From the NCBI GenBank assembly GCA_013115145.1, contig JAAPAO010000039.1:1-64000 (forward strand): a stretch of DNA of 64,000 bases, given 5' to 3'. This document shows, piece by piece, positions 46,101 through 58,214 of this stretch; positions within the stretch are counted from its first letter, which is position 1, and every line of letters begins with the position of its first letter. Below the pieces are notes generated by a model, which made no database searches, was not told the DNA's origin, and saw only the letters and a list, made by a program, of their open reading frames with translations. The DNA is from Perkinsus chesapeaki ATCC PRA-425 (lineage: Eukaryota > Protista > Perkinsozoa). A program made the position numbers and the translations under genes.

Positions 46101-47106
46101 CGTAGGAAGGGTGTTGCTTATTGCAGCCGACCGATTGGACTCGAAACACCTGTTTTTTGTGGCACGAAATTTGAGATCGAAATTTTTAGGTTTCGGAATT
46201 CCCTTAATGCCGTCGCATTAAATGCCTCCTCTTCGTGGTGCTGCGAGAACTCTTGTGTCAGGCCGGGGAAGACTCTTCTTCCGACGATTCATCATCTGAC
46301 AGCTCGAGCTCATCCTCATCATCTTCATCTGAGGATTCGAGCTCGGAGGAACAATCGACTGAAGAAAGTCCGGAAAAGGGAAAAGATACTTCTAAGGTTA
46401 GATTGGCATCCTAGCCTGCTTCCAAGAATTCCCTTCACCGGCCAGAATATAATATTAGGAGAACACCTCTCGGAAGGAATGTACAGTATTTAATGCTTCC
46501 TTTCCCACATAAATATCTAGCATAAACCCCCTTTGCAAAATTCTCTTCGATCATTCTTTCAATGTAACGAGTTTAATGTCGATTTTTTGTCAGGTTAATC
46601 TTCAAAATGCTGGACCAGTAAATTTATATGAAACCGTCGAATATGGCGCGGTTACACAATTATATTGTCTCTCCTCCTCGGCCTTAGAAACCCTCTTTGA
46701 CGCCCGAAGAACACATTTCTGTGAGGCTAGATGGACAGTTCCGAAATTCGAAACCCCAACGTTTACTTTCAAACACGCTGAAACGTTTTCTAGAAATAGA
46801 TTAACCGTTTCATAAAAGCGTAGATACGGGCGCGCGGGAAATTTAGCGAGTGCGAAGTGACTATTATGGATTGCTGAGAATAAAGGCGGGAATTTCACCG
46901 AAAATTTTCCCGATTTTTCAGGAAGAGGAATCACATGAAAGTGATGAGCCCGTCGAAGAGAAAGATGCCGAAAAGTAATTTTTGGGGGAAAATTCTGGGA
47001 ATTTTTTTTCAGATCTGAGGAGGAAAAGCCCACTAAGAGCGATGATGATGTTGATATTTATGAAGGAATGGACGACACCGAGGACAACGTTGAGACGCGG
47101 GAGTGA
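43115..47106 (+). CDS. DEK-like chromatin protein with HMG-box-like domain and acidic/Ser-rich tail, multi-exon
   Basis: GKGEKLGDIEV/VSKGI...LKRLHLCLFNSVG and LREIARTLGL are DEK/SAP-like. GFSTFLAQRTKELKATEAGKLLTPKEVTEMLSVEWTSMS is HMG-box-like. Lys-rich, poly-Ser and acidic exons end at ETRE* (47106). Confidence 0.7.
43355..43446. repeat. 55-bp repeat family copy (about 1.7 units) in DEK-like intron 1
   Basis: Reverse-complement match to 1-110. Confidence 0.85.
43534..43578 (-). pseudogene. tRNA 3'-half relic ending in CCA, antisense within DEK-like intron 1
   Basis: Minus strand reads CTACCAACCGAAAGGCCCTGGGTTCAATTCCGGGAGAGACCACCA, with a B box and a terminal ACCA-CCA. Confidence 0.6.
46464..46734. 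repeat. Dispersed intronic repeat, copy A
   Basis: Blocks ACCTCTCGGAAGGAATGTA...TTTAATGCTT and ACGCCCGAAG...ACATTTCTGTGAGGCTAGATGG match 59024-59218. Confidence 0.75.
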
Positions 47107-47244
47107 AATTTCGGCCAGAATTTTTTGCAAAAACTGGAAATTTTTCATTGGTACCCTAGCTGAGTTTCGCATATTAAGTAATAAGCAATAGTAGATTATA
47201 TGCAATTTAATGTCATTTAATCCTACTTGTGTTTATAAAATAAA

Positions 47245-47286
47245 TGACTCCTATGGGATTCGAACCTGGGTCGTTCGGTTGAAAGG
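47245..47286 (-). pseudogene. tRNA 3'-half relic (Glu-TTC-like), intergenic
   Basis: Minus strand reads CCTTTCAACCGAACGACCCAGGTTCGAATCCCATAGGAGTCA, with an anticodon-loop-like CTTTCAA and B box GGTTCGAATCC. Confidence 0.5.
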
Positions 47287-47321
47287 AGGGTGTTTTTTGC
47301 AGGGATTTTACGTTTCATTGT

Positions 47322-50300
47322 ATGTTTCAAAAATATGACTATTTCGAGTACGAGCCCAGTGAAAGCTCATCTCGGAAATACTTCCGTCGGCTCACGTCCC
47401 TGGTTTACGTGATTGTCTTGGCAGCAATCGTGGGGGCTTCTCTGTGGAGTTGTCTGCAAACCTGGCTTGTCATCAACCACTCTTTATTTGCATCTATCCC
47501 GGCGGATGAGGTACTACTCCGGGGGAGTTCTGATGGAGCGAAAATTTTTTCGTCGACTTGTTGGTTTGTGTTCGGACTTTTACTCAACGGAACTCCTATT
47601 GACGAGCTTCATCAATAAATAGAAGGGCGATTGAAAGAAGTCCCGAGTTCAAATCCACGGTAGGATGTTTTTCTGTCAGTTAAATCGCCTGGCGTCCGAT
47701 AGAGGTATTAATTTGTTCATTCCTGTTAACCCTCTCGGTATAATGAGTACAGTCGTAATATGTATGGCGGCGGTAGCTTGCGCCACTGGATTTGTGGGAG
47801 CAATTCAGCATCTCTCCCCGACTATAAGGTCAGTCAGCGGAAGGCTATTTCGGGGGTCCGTGGGAAATAGAACGCAGTTCTGGCCCAGAACTATTAAACA
47901 GTTCTCAGAACTCCTTGGCCTGAACTGGCCCAGAACTTCTGGGTAGACGCCGGCAGAGTTCTCAGTATCGCTTTCAGTGAGAATCGTACGTTTGACTATA
48001 TTCGCACCAGGGGAATTTTCCACCTTTCAGGTCGTCCTTTTTTGTTCCACTCGCTGGACGTCTCGGGCAATCTCGGGGGTTACTGGCACTAACTGCGGTA
48101 TTCGTCTTAGCCTCTCAGGGCAGGTTTTCAACATTCCGAACTCGAATATATGAAGTCACTTACCGGCAGATTCAGAATTAACAGGATTCACATATGCGCA
48201 CTCGAGGGAATTTTATCAAGCTGCTCCAGGATGACAATACGTCCACCTCATAAGATTACGGAAGACAATCTCTGTATTGCGGATTATCATATATGGGATA
48301 TTGCAGAGTGTAGCGATTCTAACAAAATGGGCAAGCTAGGACATACAAGTGTGTCGTCAGCTTTCTCTCTGGTGTGGCAATGTGAATTGTATTATATGCA
48401 TACATTACTCGTATAATATACAGCATAGTGATATATACTAGGAGATGATGGTCTTAGTCTTTGTCTATTCTTAGGAACACTCAACCCTATAAGTGTCTGC
48501 TACCGGCCTTCTATCTGCTATTTCTGGTATTCTTGGTTGTTGCTGGAGTCATGGTCTCAGGGACTTGCTTTGGGATATCTGAGCTCGTCAAGGCTGCCGA
48601 TTCCGATATAAAGCAGCAGGTGGGTTCGCGAAAATCTTCAAAGTTACTTGAAAAATCTCAGGAATTTGGTTTGTTAAGAGATGTGTTAGAAATGGTTCTT
48701 CGAGCTTGAAATATATAACCACAAAGATATCTTCGCGTTGAGAGAATTGTTTCCCAAGATGTTGGGGTGTCCAAAAATTTGCCGGAATCTTGCGGTGTTT
48801 TCCCGAGCTCTTTGTTAAATGGTTGGTGAGCAAGCGCATGTATTCCTCCAGAGAACCGGAAAGAGACATTGCGGATCTTGGGGGAAATCGTGTTGACAGA
48901 TTGAGTTCCGGTTAATGGCATTTTTAGCTCAACCGAGCTGGCTCATTAAGTGGCGGACAAATCACGGCCGATATCGCGGCCGATCTGGATAAGTGAGATA
49001 CACCTTGCGGAATCCCGAGGGTGTACGAGTCGTCCTTAGGTTGGCTGGTCCATTGCTAATGTTATATAATATTCACAATTGTCAAGCAAGTAATGTCACG
49101 TGTTCATCCCCCTCGGTCGGGAAGATATCATGCTCGAAAGATGCTGGTGAGTTGTGTGACAGTCTTATCATATTATTTTCGTATTGCCGCGGGCCAATTT
49201 CCTCTGATATAATAATCTTCCATCACGGCGCATGGTTTCATTATATTTATGTTGTAATATTTTGCAATAATGATGCTAGAGTAGATTTCTTACGCTTGCG
49301 ATTCTTGGATGGTCTGTCTGTGTAGCGTGGAGTTTTCTACCAGGATTCGGCCAACTAATAGTTGGCCTAGTAGAAAATCATCAGTACTATACTAGTATGT
49401 CCTAGTATGAAGAAGTTATTCAATCCAACTGTACTACTGTATTTACATTCGCTGCAGCTGTCATCGGAGGCGCTTGAAATGCAAGCTTTTACTATTTCTC
49501 TCTCCATTCTATCCAAAGGCAAATGGACTTGTGCTCAGATCCGAATATAGTGTCCATTTTCAACGAGGTGTGCTCAGCGCCTCCTCGCCTGGAGGGGGGC
49601 ATGGCTCTGGGGTTGACGAGCTGCACGACGTGCATCAACAAATACGGACCCAGCCCGGCATCTGAGGTAGGTCGTGATTTCATCATCAGCTATGAAGAAA
49701 TATAGATAGCGAGTATTTGATAACCCGAGCAATTGTCTAGGTAGTTCATTTCATTGTAAGCAATTTTCTGAACCCGATCTCCGCAGCATCATGATTAGCG
49801 CATGCTCTGTATAGCACTGTAACTCTGTACTACAGAGTCTGTAGTTCAAATCTTTTTTCAGGTAATCTGTTTATGTAGCTCTCAAGTGAAGATGTGGATA
49901 GATGCAGTGAGCCCTAAGGAAAGGGAAGTGTGGGTTAGGACGGCCTTCATCAACGTTATCATCGCTGCACTTTGTGCCGCGTTATTGATTGCCTGGATCA
50001 TTCGAAGGGTAGGCGGAAGCGTTCTGGTCTATAGCTTATCTGACATTTTCATTTCTAGAAGGCATGCCGGGGAAAACCACCTCTTTCATATTTCCCAGTT
50101 CAGGAATAAAAAAATTAATCGAATTCATCTTGGATCCCGGAGTTCTTAAGTTGATTTCCTTCATCTAGGTTGCCTGTCCCACAGCTCTACAGAGGTCTTC
50201 TTGACCTCGATTTGCAGCTGCCTATGTCTTCAACTTGTTCAACATTTCTTCCTGATGATGAAGAATATTTTGCTTTGGCTTTTCTAATGACGTAATTGGT

Positions 50301-50330
50301 ATAATGTTGCGTTATTAAATATAATGATTT
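47322..50330 (+). CDS. Four-TM (tetraspanin-like topology) protein, tandem paralog A; 3' end approximate
   Basis: Four hydrophobic exons (SLVYVIVLAAIVGASLW; IPVNPLGIMSTVVICMAAVACATGFVGA; LFLVFLVVAGVMVSGTCFGI; AFINVIIAALCAALLIAWII) and a Cys-containing loop VCSAPPRLEG...CTTC...GPS. Confidence 0.6.
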
Positions 50331-51048
50331 TGGAGATCGGTTCGTTGGTAAAATAAATACTGAGGAGTTCTTCAGTTGACGGTGACGTACAGTAATGGAA
50401 CATTCGTTGGTGTTCCCCAGCCAGTTCCGAGACTTCATCCCCGTATCATGTCCTCAGGGCTGAGGATTAGAAAAAACCACCACCGACACTTGGCGGAGAG
50501 TTCCCCTTTTGTCGAAGTAATGTGTAGATGATGAGTGTGTATATGTTCCCAGCAATGACAAGGACGCGGTGTGATGGTAATTGAGTAACACTGTAATTAC
50601 CAAGTAGTGATACTGGAGAAACATATTAAGACTGTGGTGCACAGACTTAGTATTCTAACATCCGGAGACAGAGCTGAAGAAAGATATTGTGTTAAGACGA
50701 CATTACACAGAACAGTGCCGTATCCTGCACAGCGGAATATATTGACGTTGCCGGGCTTTGGAAGTCTGATGCTAAATTGTATGAAGACTTATATGATACT
50801 GATTTATAAAACTGATACTGAATAGTGAAACTGCTCATGGCATTCTGAACCATAGTATGTAGATGTTGTATGTAGCATCATCACACAGGAGCCGCGTTTT
50901 CTTCCAGGCTCGGCCAGCCTTGTGCTCTCCATTTACCGATCTCATAAATTCAAATAGAGCCATGATGGAGCTGCGGGAGCGGGAGGGGGTATGAAGGGTG
51001 TCCAGTGATATCTACAATATTGGTATTCAGTATAAGTTATTATTCTGC

Positions 51049-54000
51049 ATGGCTCTCGAGTTGATAGCAAGGACCAATCGATGGTCGATGACCTGCTCGA
51101 TTTGGTCTTTTCTGTATGTTATATTTCTTGTACTTTTCGCAGCATTTGCGATCTACTCAACAGCGTACACTTGTGTGAATGCCAAGGAGTCAATTGTCAC
51201 GCATGTGAGCCCTCAACAGGTGAGACGTCTCAATGTGAAGTAGAATTATGAATCTGATATATATAACACTGAAATGTTATTGGTATATTTGATCCTAATA
51301 TAATAGTAATGAGTGAACTAAACATTTATTATTCAATAATAAGATAATGATTATTCGATAATAATAGAACTATAATTTCATAATAACGCAGAAGGACTAG
51401 TTGACTACACCTGTGGATCTACCGATGGGTACAAATATAACTATTATCATTCGACTGTATCATACGCGTCGATGCATCCGAGCTCGAACCGTGCTCGACG
51501 AGCAGTGCTCGTGGAAAGTCATGGAGTGGTTTCTAACAGAAAAATCGTAGCTTCTGCGCAAATTGAATAGAAAGTATGTCCCCAGAGATATAATGGAGCG
51601 TATGTGGCTTTTGGAAAGATACCGTACTGTCGGAATTTCGGTAAAGTATCCCCAGCGTAATGGTGAATTTGTGTCTGACTAATTGCTCGATTCTCAGTTA
51701 ATGGATCTGGCCGCCCATCTTGGCGTAGCAATCTTTCTCCCTGTTAATCCAGTAAGAGCGTCCTGGGTTGTGGCGATAATAATAGCTATTATCCTCCCCA
51801 TCGCTGCAGTATTTGGTATCATATACCATTGCAGCTCGACAGTGAGGTGAGAAGGGAACGATACTCCGTGTGTGGTAGAGGGAGATGATTTTGGGGAGAT
51901 GTCTAACAGACCATTTATTCTGCTTTCGGCCACCCACTTTTCCACGGTCTTCAAAACTCCTTTGAAGCGTGGTGATGATTAATCAATTATTCGAATTGGC
52001 CCAACTGATCTCTCTAAAAGCACCAACCTATTTGATCCGATTATGCGACGGAATTCTCGTTGAATGCGTCCTCGTTCCTTCAATTTCCTCCGGAAGCCGA
52101 CACTGAATTTTGGAAGGGACAGAAACACATCTGAATCTCCTTTGCAGCTGCTCTCTGAAGTTCTAGTCGATCCTCGAGAATCCCTACGTTCCGGCACTAC
52201 ATCTTTAGATCCACGAAGCCCTGGAAGTATATCGTCGGTGGTACCTTCTGGGGCCTCCTGCTCCTCACTTTCGTTGGCGCCCTGTTGGTGGGCGGCACAG
52301 GCATCGGTATGTCGATTATTGGCAAGCTCAGCATGGAGGAAATTCAACGCGTGGTGAGTTGACGGCAGTCCGCTGCTCGGGCGGCGGCGGCGGAGGTGTT
52401 TGTCAGATTGAAGAGCATCCGGATATTGCTTTGGCTCTGATAACTCTGAGGCTCATCAAGGATTATCACGTCACGATTCCGTAAGTTCAAGCATGGCTTT
52501 CTCCTCAACCCGTCCGTAGACGGGATCTTCTGGCAAAGCGTCAAAACGCCGCACTGTTAGAAATAGCTCGTTCAGCCTCAAGATTGAGATTGCGACTATT
52601 TTCCTTGATAACACGGTTACCTGCGGACATTCTAGGTCTCCGCAGCTCCGCAATTTATCCATCGAAACGAGCCGTTCGGTAAGAAAAATTAAATCACAAA
52701 TTCAGACATGTGCATGAAATGATACCATGCTTTGAGGACCTCAGCAATGAGCGATGTTTACTTCTATGAGATTCACTTTTGTCTTCGGTTTCATACTGTA
52801 AAACAGTGAGACTAGAACTGGAACTACGACAATTGTGCAGCGACGTAACGCGCAAGCTTCCACCGGCTGTTTTTTGTGACAATATTATTTGTTATATTAA
52901 TAAGATATTAATACTTTCTCTTAATTCATAATATTGCTTTGTATTTCTGGAAAAGTACCGCTCTGGTAGTAGCACTGTCGATACGGCGTTATTTCTACAA
53001 CAAGCACTTTCAAATTAATGCAATTGCAACGTAGCAAAGATTAATACATTGTCGACGTTACTTTATTAAACGGCATTATGCGGCATGTGTGTAGTGATAA
53101 GAGGGCATAATTTACGCCCTCTTATCGCCGCACATCCATGTCACTGGTATATGCGTTGTGCAATGGTAACATAGGAAGCCCTTTTCAGAGTTGAGGAGCT
53201 CGAAAAGGTCGTGGAAAGATTCACTGAGGCACGCTGCAGTTCATACCCTTTGGGCATCACCTGCTCAAGGCCCCTCATTCGAGAGATCAAGTGCACCGGG
53301 CTGGATGGTGAGGCGTCTGAAGCCGGGAGTGGTCGCTGCATAGCTCCTCTCAGACCTATCCGAGCAGTTTTCAGACGTTATCACTGCAGTGTGCTCGACG
53401 GTTCCCTCGGTTGAAGGATTTCCGCTACAACAAAGAGACTGTGCAGCATGTCTGGAGTTGGTTGGTCCTTCAGAAGTCTCCAATGTGAGGGTTGGGTTTT
53501 GAACAGCCGTCTTGAGAGCAATTTCGGCAGTGCTTCGTTTTTGGTGGAACTTACCTCGCCAACTTCTCTTCTACAAAAAGAATAAAAAACCTTTCCCGTC
53601 GTCGACTTGTCTTTTATGAAGAAGGAATAAAAACATCACTTCTGGTCCAGCAGCAGTCCTTTCCCGACTTCTGCCGCGTTGCTGTCCACAAGGAGGCTGA
53701 TGTCTCCAAGCAAATCTCCATCAGCTTTGAAGTTCCTTGCCACGGACTAACGTTGAACATCTTCAAATTTTCCAGGTTCTCTGTGCCTGCACCTCGCAAC
53801 TTCGCGTATGGCTACAAGCCTTTTCAGCGGAGGACCAGCGAGAGTGGATGATAATTGGCGTTCAGAACGCGGTCATCTCCGGGATAGCTCTCACAGTTCT
53901 CGTATCTTGGACAGTCTGGCAGGTATCTACCGGGTAGATTCTACCCCCGCACCCCGTGTCTCTGAATCGCCTCTTTTCACTTGTGTAGCGCTGGGGGCAT

Positions 54001-54180
54001 GTTTGTCGTGGTGTGGTATAGGGGGACGTGAAATCAGTAAGGGGAGTTGCTAATAGTTATATTTCACCGTAGAGCGGCTTAGGACGCCAGAATTGGAAGG
54101 AATTTAGACCAATGGAAGCCAGTGAGACATCGATTACTGATATTCTGGCTCGCTTTACTACCTCTGTGATGCTTCAGTGA
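51049..54180 (+). CDS. Four-TM (tetraspanin-like topology) protein, tandem paralog B
   Basis: Exon-by-exon similarity to paralog A: SFLYVIFLVLFAAFAIYS; LPVNPVRASWVVAIIIAIILPIAAVFG; FWGLLLLTFVGALLVGGTGIG; VCSTVPSVEG...CAAC...GPSE; WMIIGVQNAVISGIALTVLVSW. Confidence 0.6.
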
Positions 54181-56212
54181 AGTGGCGGTTTCATGGTGGA
54201 TTTTAGTGGCACACCTGAAATTCATCATCTTCGAAGTCCTAAGTTCTTGGTAGCCCTTTGGGTAATCCTCTTACATTCCTTCGTTCCGGACTATCGATCA
54301 CTCTATAAGCGCCGTGAACAGTTATCGGTTATGGGAAGGAGTTGGATAGTTACTGTAGGAGTGTGTTTGTTACCATTGCGGAAACGTGGGCCATACAGTA
54401 TTGTTCATCGATCTGTCAAACTACCAGTCTGACGATGGAGAACGTATTCCTTCTCCTTACTCCTTTTCTTCACCTCTTTAGTGCGTAATAGGTTTGGGAC
54501 CAGCAAAGAGATGAATCCAATCTAATATGACTGTTTGTTAAAAAGTATTTTTTTCTCCATGCGTGCTTTTCCCCTAAAATTCACCGGCGCATCGGCAGAA
54601 TAAGCTTGCATAGGTTGCGGAGATTTTTCTTGTTCATTTTTTATTCAGATATGGCATCGGCGGCAACTCCAAGAAGGTGGCTGGCATCGCAAACTCAGTA
54701 CCTTCACTTGAGTGTATTTAAATTATATTTATTTCTGTGCTTTGTTGTAGAAGACGTATGTGATTGATTTCATTTTCATTGTCCTACCTTTGGGTTGTCA
54801 GTTTGAACAGTGATGAACTGCAATGCTTGAGTGGACGCATCACTACCGGCACTCTCCAACAGCAACACTGTTGCTTGTTTACCGTGCAGATTCGTGGAAA
54901 ACCTTCCAAGGATTGTAGCCGATGTCAAAAGAGTTTGCTGAAACTCTTCACTGAATGTGAACGCTATGAACTTGAAAGATACACAGAAAGGATTGTGTCA
55001 TGTCGCACTCACAGCGTAGGATACGGTCTCACCAAAGAATCCCTTCGAAGCTTGGCTGGTGCGACGTTACCTGGCAATGCAATACAGCTTAGTGAACTTT
55101 GTAAGGTCATTAATTAGATTATCGAAGTTGGATAACACCTGAACAAAGAGACAGCGAAACGAAACCACAGTATCGATCCAGTCGAGGGTGTTGCTGGCTG
55201 CCACCTCCAGAGAAGTACGAGCATCGCGCGTGTAGAGTCTACATGATAGTGTCCTCCTTGGCAATAAGTCCTTGCACCAGAGAGTTGTGGAATGGCAGTT
55301 AGTATATCGCACGCAACCGGAAATGGCAATCGTTACGCATCAGACGGCTCAACTCGACTCGGCTCCCTTCACTTGCGCAGACATAGCTCAGCACGCCGGA
55401 GGGGAAAAGTATCCTTCACAGGAGCCACGCGGTGCAAGTTAAATTACGACGCAAGTAGCCCGGGGATCAATTCTCATAACAATCAAGATAATGCTGAGTG
55501 GCACTTACTAAGTGCTGTCCCTTGGGTTCATTTCTCAACCTGCGATCGGTGTTATCGGTGACCTGCCTAGGACATGCGTGCTGTCCCCAAGAAGCGAAGT
55601 ATCAATTCGTTGCCGGGTGTGTCTCCGATTATCTCCACTACTCCAAGTTTTCTAGACGCATATGTTAATGACTATTATCGAAGGCAGTGATCTTGAATAT
55701 CCAAATTGTTCCAGAGTCCGGAATCCAGAGTTATGACGAATTTTGGCACGCCGTTACTCTGCAGTGATCAAGATCCAGTCTGAGTGGTCCTGACCTATGA
55801 GATCGGTCCTCCTCGTCTCTTAAAGAAAGATATATAGATGGGTCAAACGAATCAAAAAGCAAGGCGAAGTATCTTCCACTGGCACCTTAGATCCGCGAAT
55901 CACATCGTGTGACATCCGAGATGGGCATGCGTGCGTGACAGGGAGGGGGATTTGTTTGATTGCTTATCAATTACATCTATAATAGATGGTCTATTTCTGA
56001 GCTGTAGAAACCGACGCATGCCACTTCCGTTCCTTCTACTTTACCCGCTTCAGTGAATCACAAGACGAAAAACGAGCCAATGATTTCACTTGTGATAGAG
56101 CACACTTACTTTTCGAAGAAGCGTGTAGATGGTTTATTCGGCCTTATCAACTCTATCACCGACGTTACCTTTTCCCCTGTTTGTGTCAGCTTCCCGTAAA
56201 GTATCAATCTCA

Positions 56213-56368
56213 ATGCGTTTCATCTACTACGGTATTATGATGGTGATTGTATCTATGTTCGATGCTGGAATTGTAGAGGCCTGCGATCCTAATGATATTC
56301 TCCCGTGTCCTGCCGGCTTCATTTGTACGAAGCAATTCGGAGACAGATACATATGCGTTAGAGTGTGA
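56213..56368 (+). CDS. Small secreted 4-Cys peptide (51 aa)
   Basis: MRFIYYGIMMVIVSMFDAGIVEA signal-like leader ending V-E-A, followed by CDPNDILPCPAGFICTKQFGDRYICVRV. Confidence 0.5.
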   Translation: MRFIYYGIMMVIVSMFDAGIVEACDPNDILPCPAGFICTKQFGDRYICVRV

Positions 56369-58214
56369 TTGGACACAACCATTGATCGTCTTTGCTGTAT
56401 AACTGCGTTTTGGTCGCCTTTCCCCAGTAGACTTCCATCGCAGTCGGTCTCTGTACAGTGGAAGGCCTCTTCCACTGATCCCTACTTTCCGTCTACTCTG
56501 CACAGAGCTGCACGAAATGGTCTGGTTCCACGAAACCACTTAGGACCATCAAACATACTAAGTATCATCGTCATTAGTCCACGCACTCGAGTGCTTATAA
56601 TATACGGAGTTGAGTTACAATGAGTGCGTGGGTAATTAAGTAACGCCACAGTTAAAGGACTTCCGATACGAATTGTGTAAACGAAGACAAGATATATAAG
56701 TTGTATCATATAGCTCATGAACGATAGGCGAGAGCAAGGTTAGTTTCCTCGTATCCACAAGGGCTCACAAGAAACTGGTTTAGTCTAGTCGATCCACTGA
56801 ACTTCGAAAAGGGTATTCCCGATGCCGTTTTCCCAGGGACACCAAACACAACGAGTCAAATGTTGTTAGTCAAGATGTCGAACGTCCTTGTTGCAGGTCC
56901 CATCGGAATATAAAGTGGCTTTCTGAGAAAAGCTGGGGACATTCGGAACGTAGACTTGTCGTATCAGGCCTTGTTTGCTCTTTGCACGTGCGTGTATGTG
57001 GATAATGTCAATAACAATCACTTACAACTTGGTCGTTTCAGCAGATCGCAATGTATATCGACCGTTGGTAGATACAGGTATATCGCCTCCCTGGGAGACG
57101 ATAGGACCTAGGGCCTATGCCTCATGTAACTGACATTGCGTGATGAGGGATCATCAGTGAAGCCACCCGTGTCCGAGGCATCACTGTTGCATGACACACT
57201 GGATCTAGGATAGTCCCGCGATTCTCCGTTTTCCTTCAGGGAAGCGGGCCTCCATCGCAATACAGGTATGCAACCCTCTCAGAGGCTAGACAGGATAGGC
57301 TAACCCCTTCGGCGGTGGATTGCAAAACTGCGTTTCGCGGTGTCTACAACTTACAGTATGCATGCTCGTGAATGTTATAGCGGTTGATCAGTCCTCTTGA
57401 ACCGACTCCGATTCGAGCCTGGGCCAACAGCCTGTGTACACAATGTGGAACTCACGGGTGAGCCAGAGGCGTTTTATACGAAGTTGTGACATGTCTTGGA
57501 CTCTAATTTTCTAAATGACACCAAACGAACTCGGCAGCCTCAACTTCCAACAATGCAAGTTCGACAATGGTTGGTGAGGGGAGACTTATCGTATCCGGAA
57601 TTTCTGGCTTTCTCTGAAAAAGACTGAATTGGCACTTCATGGCCCCATTGAGATAGTGTCGTGGTTACCAAGCAAGTATTATTCATTTTATCATTCCTCG
57701 TGTTATTAAATATCATTGCTTGTTTATCGTCATTCACTCTCTTTTCTCTCCCCCTAAGACTGGATCTAGCACAACTTTGTGGCGGTACAGGAAACACCAG
57801 ATTGAAGCATATTCAACTGCTGCCTAATCGGTTGCTGTTTTACTGTTCTTCATAGCCGCCATTCGTTTAGCCTTCTCCCGGAATTCCGGTACATCCTGAA
57901 AACAACATCAACAATTGAGCTCTTTATTCTCATTAAATTTCCTAACGACACTCGCTGTGTGTGAAGTGTAAAATATTAGCACCTGTATGGTGTATTAAAA
58001 ACATCGTTAAAATGAGTAAGTGTACGCATAGTAAGCATAGTAGTAAAGAAATAGTATAAGCCATACAAGCAGTTTGCTTGAAGGTGAGTAAGCGTATTTT
58101 GCGATTGCGTTTATCATTGCACTCACCAGTCAACTCAGTGCAGATTACCGGGGAAGTTCGGCGGGAAAATTTGCCACAGTTTCGTATCCAGCTTGGATAA
58201 AGTCGAACATGCCA

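Noticed and set aside
51519-52662. Chain of minus-strand ORFs that looked like a nested frameshifted gene
   Set aside because: The plus strand of the same interval encodes TM2 and TM3 exons of 4-TM paralog B that align with paralog A, so these are antisense shadows.
54760-57500. Possible decayed retroelement fragments (for example an SDASDTG RNase-H-like word on the minus strand near 57170)
   Set aside because: Single short motif among many stops; no second domain or LTR to support it.
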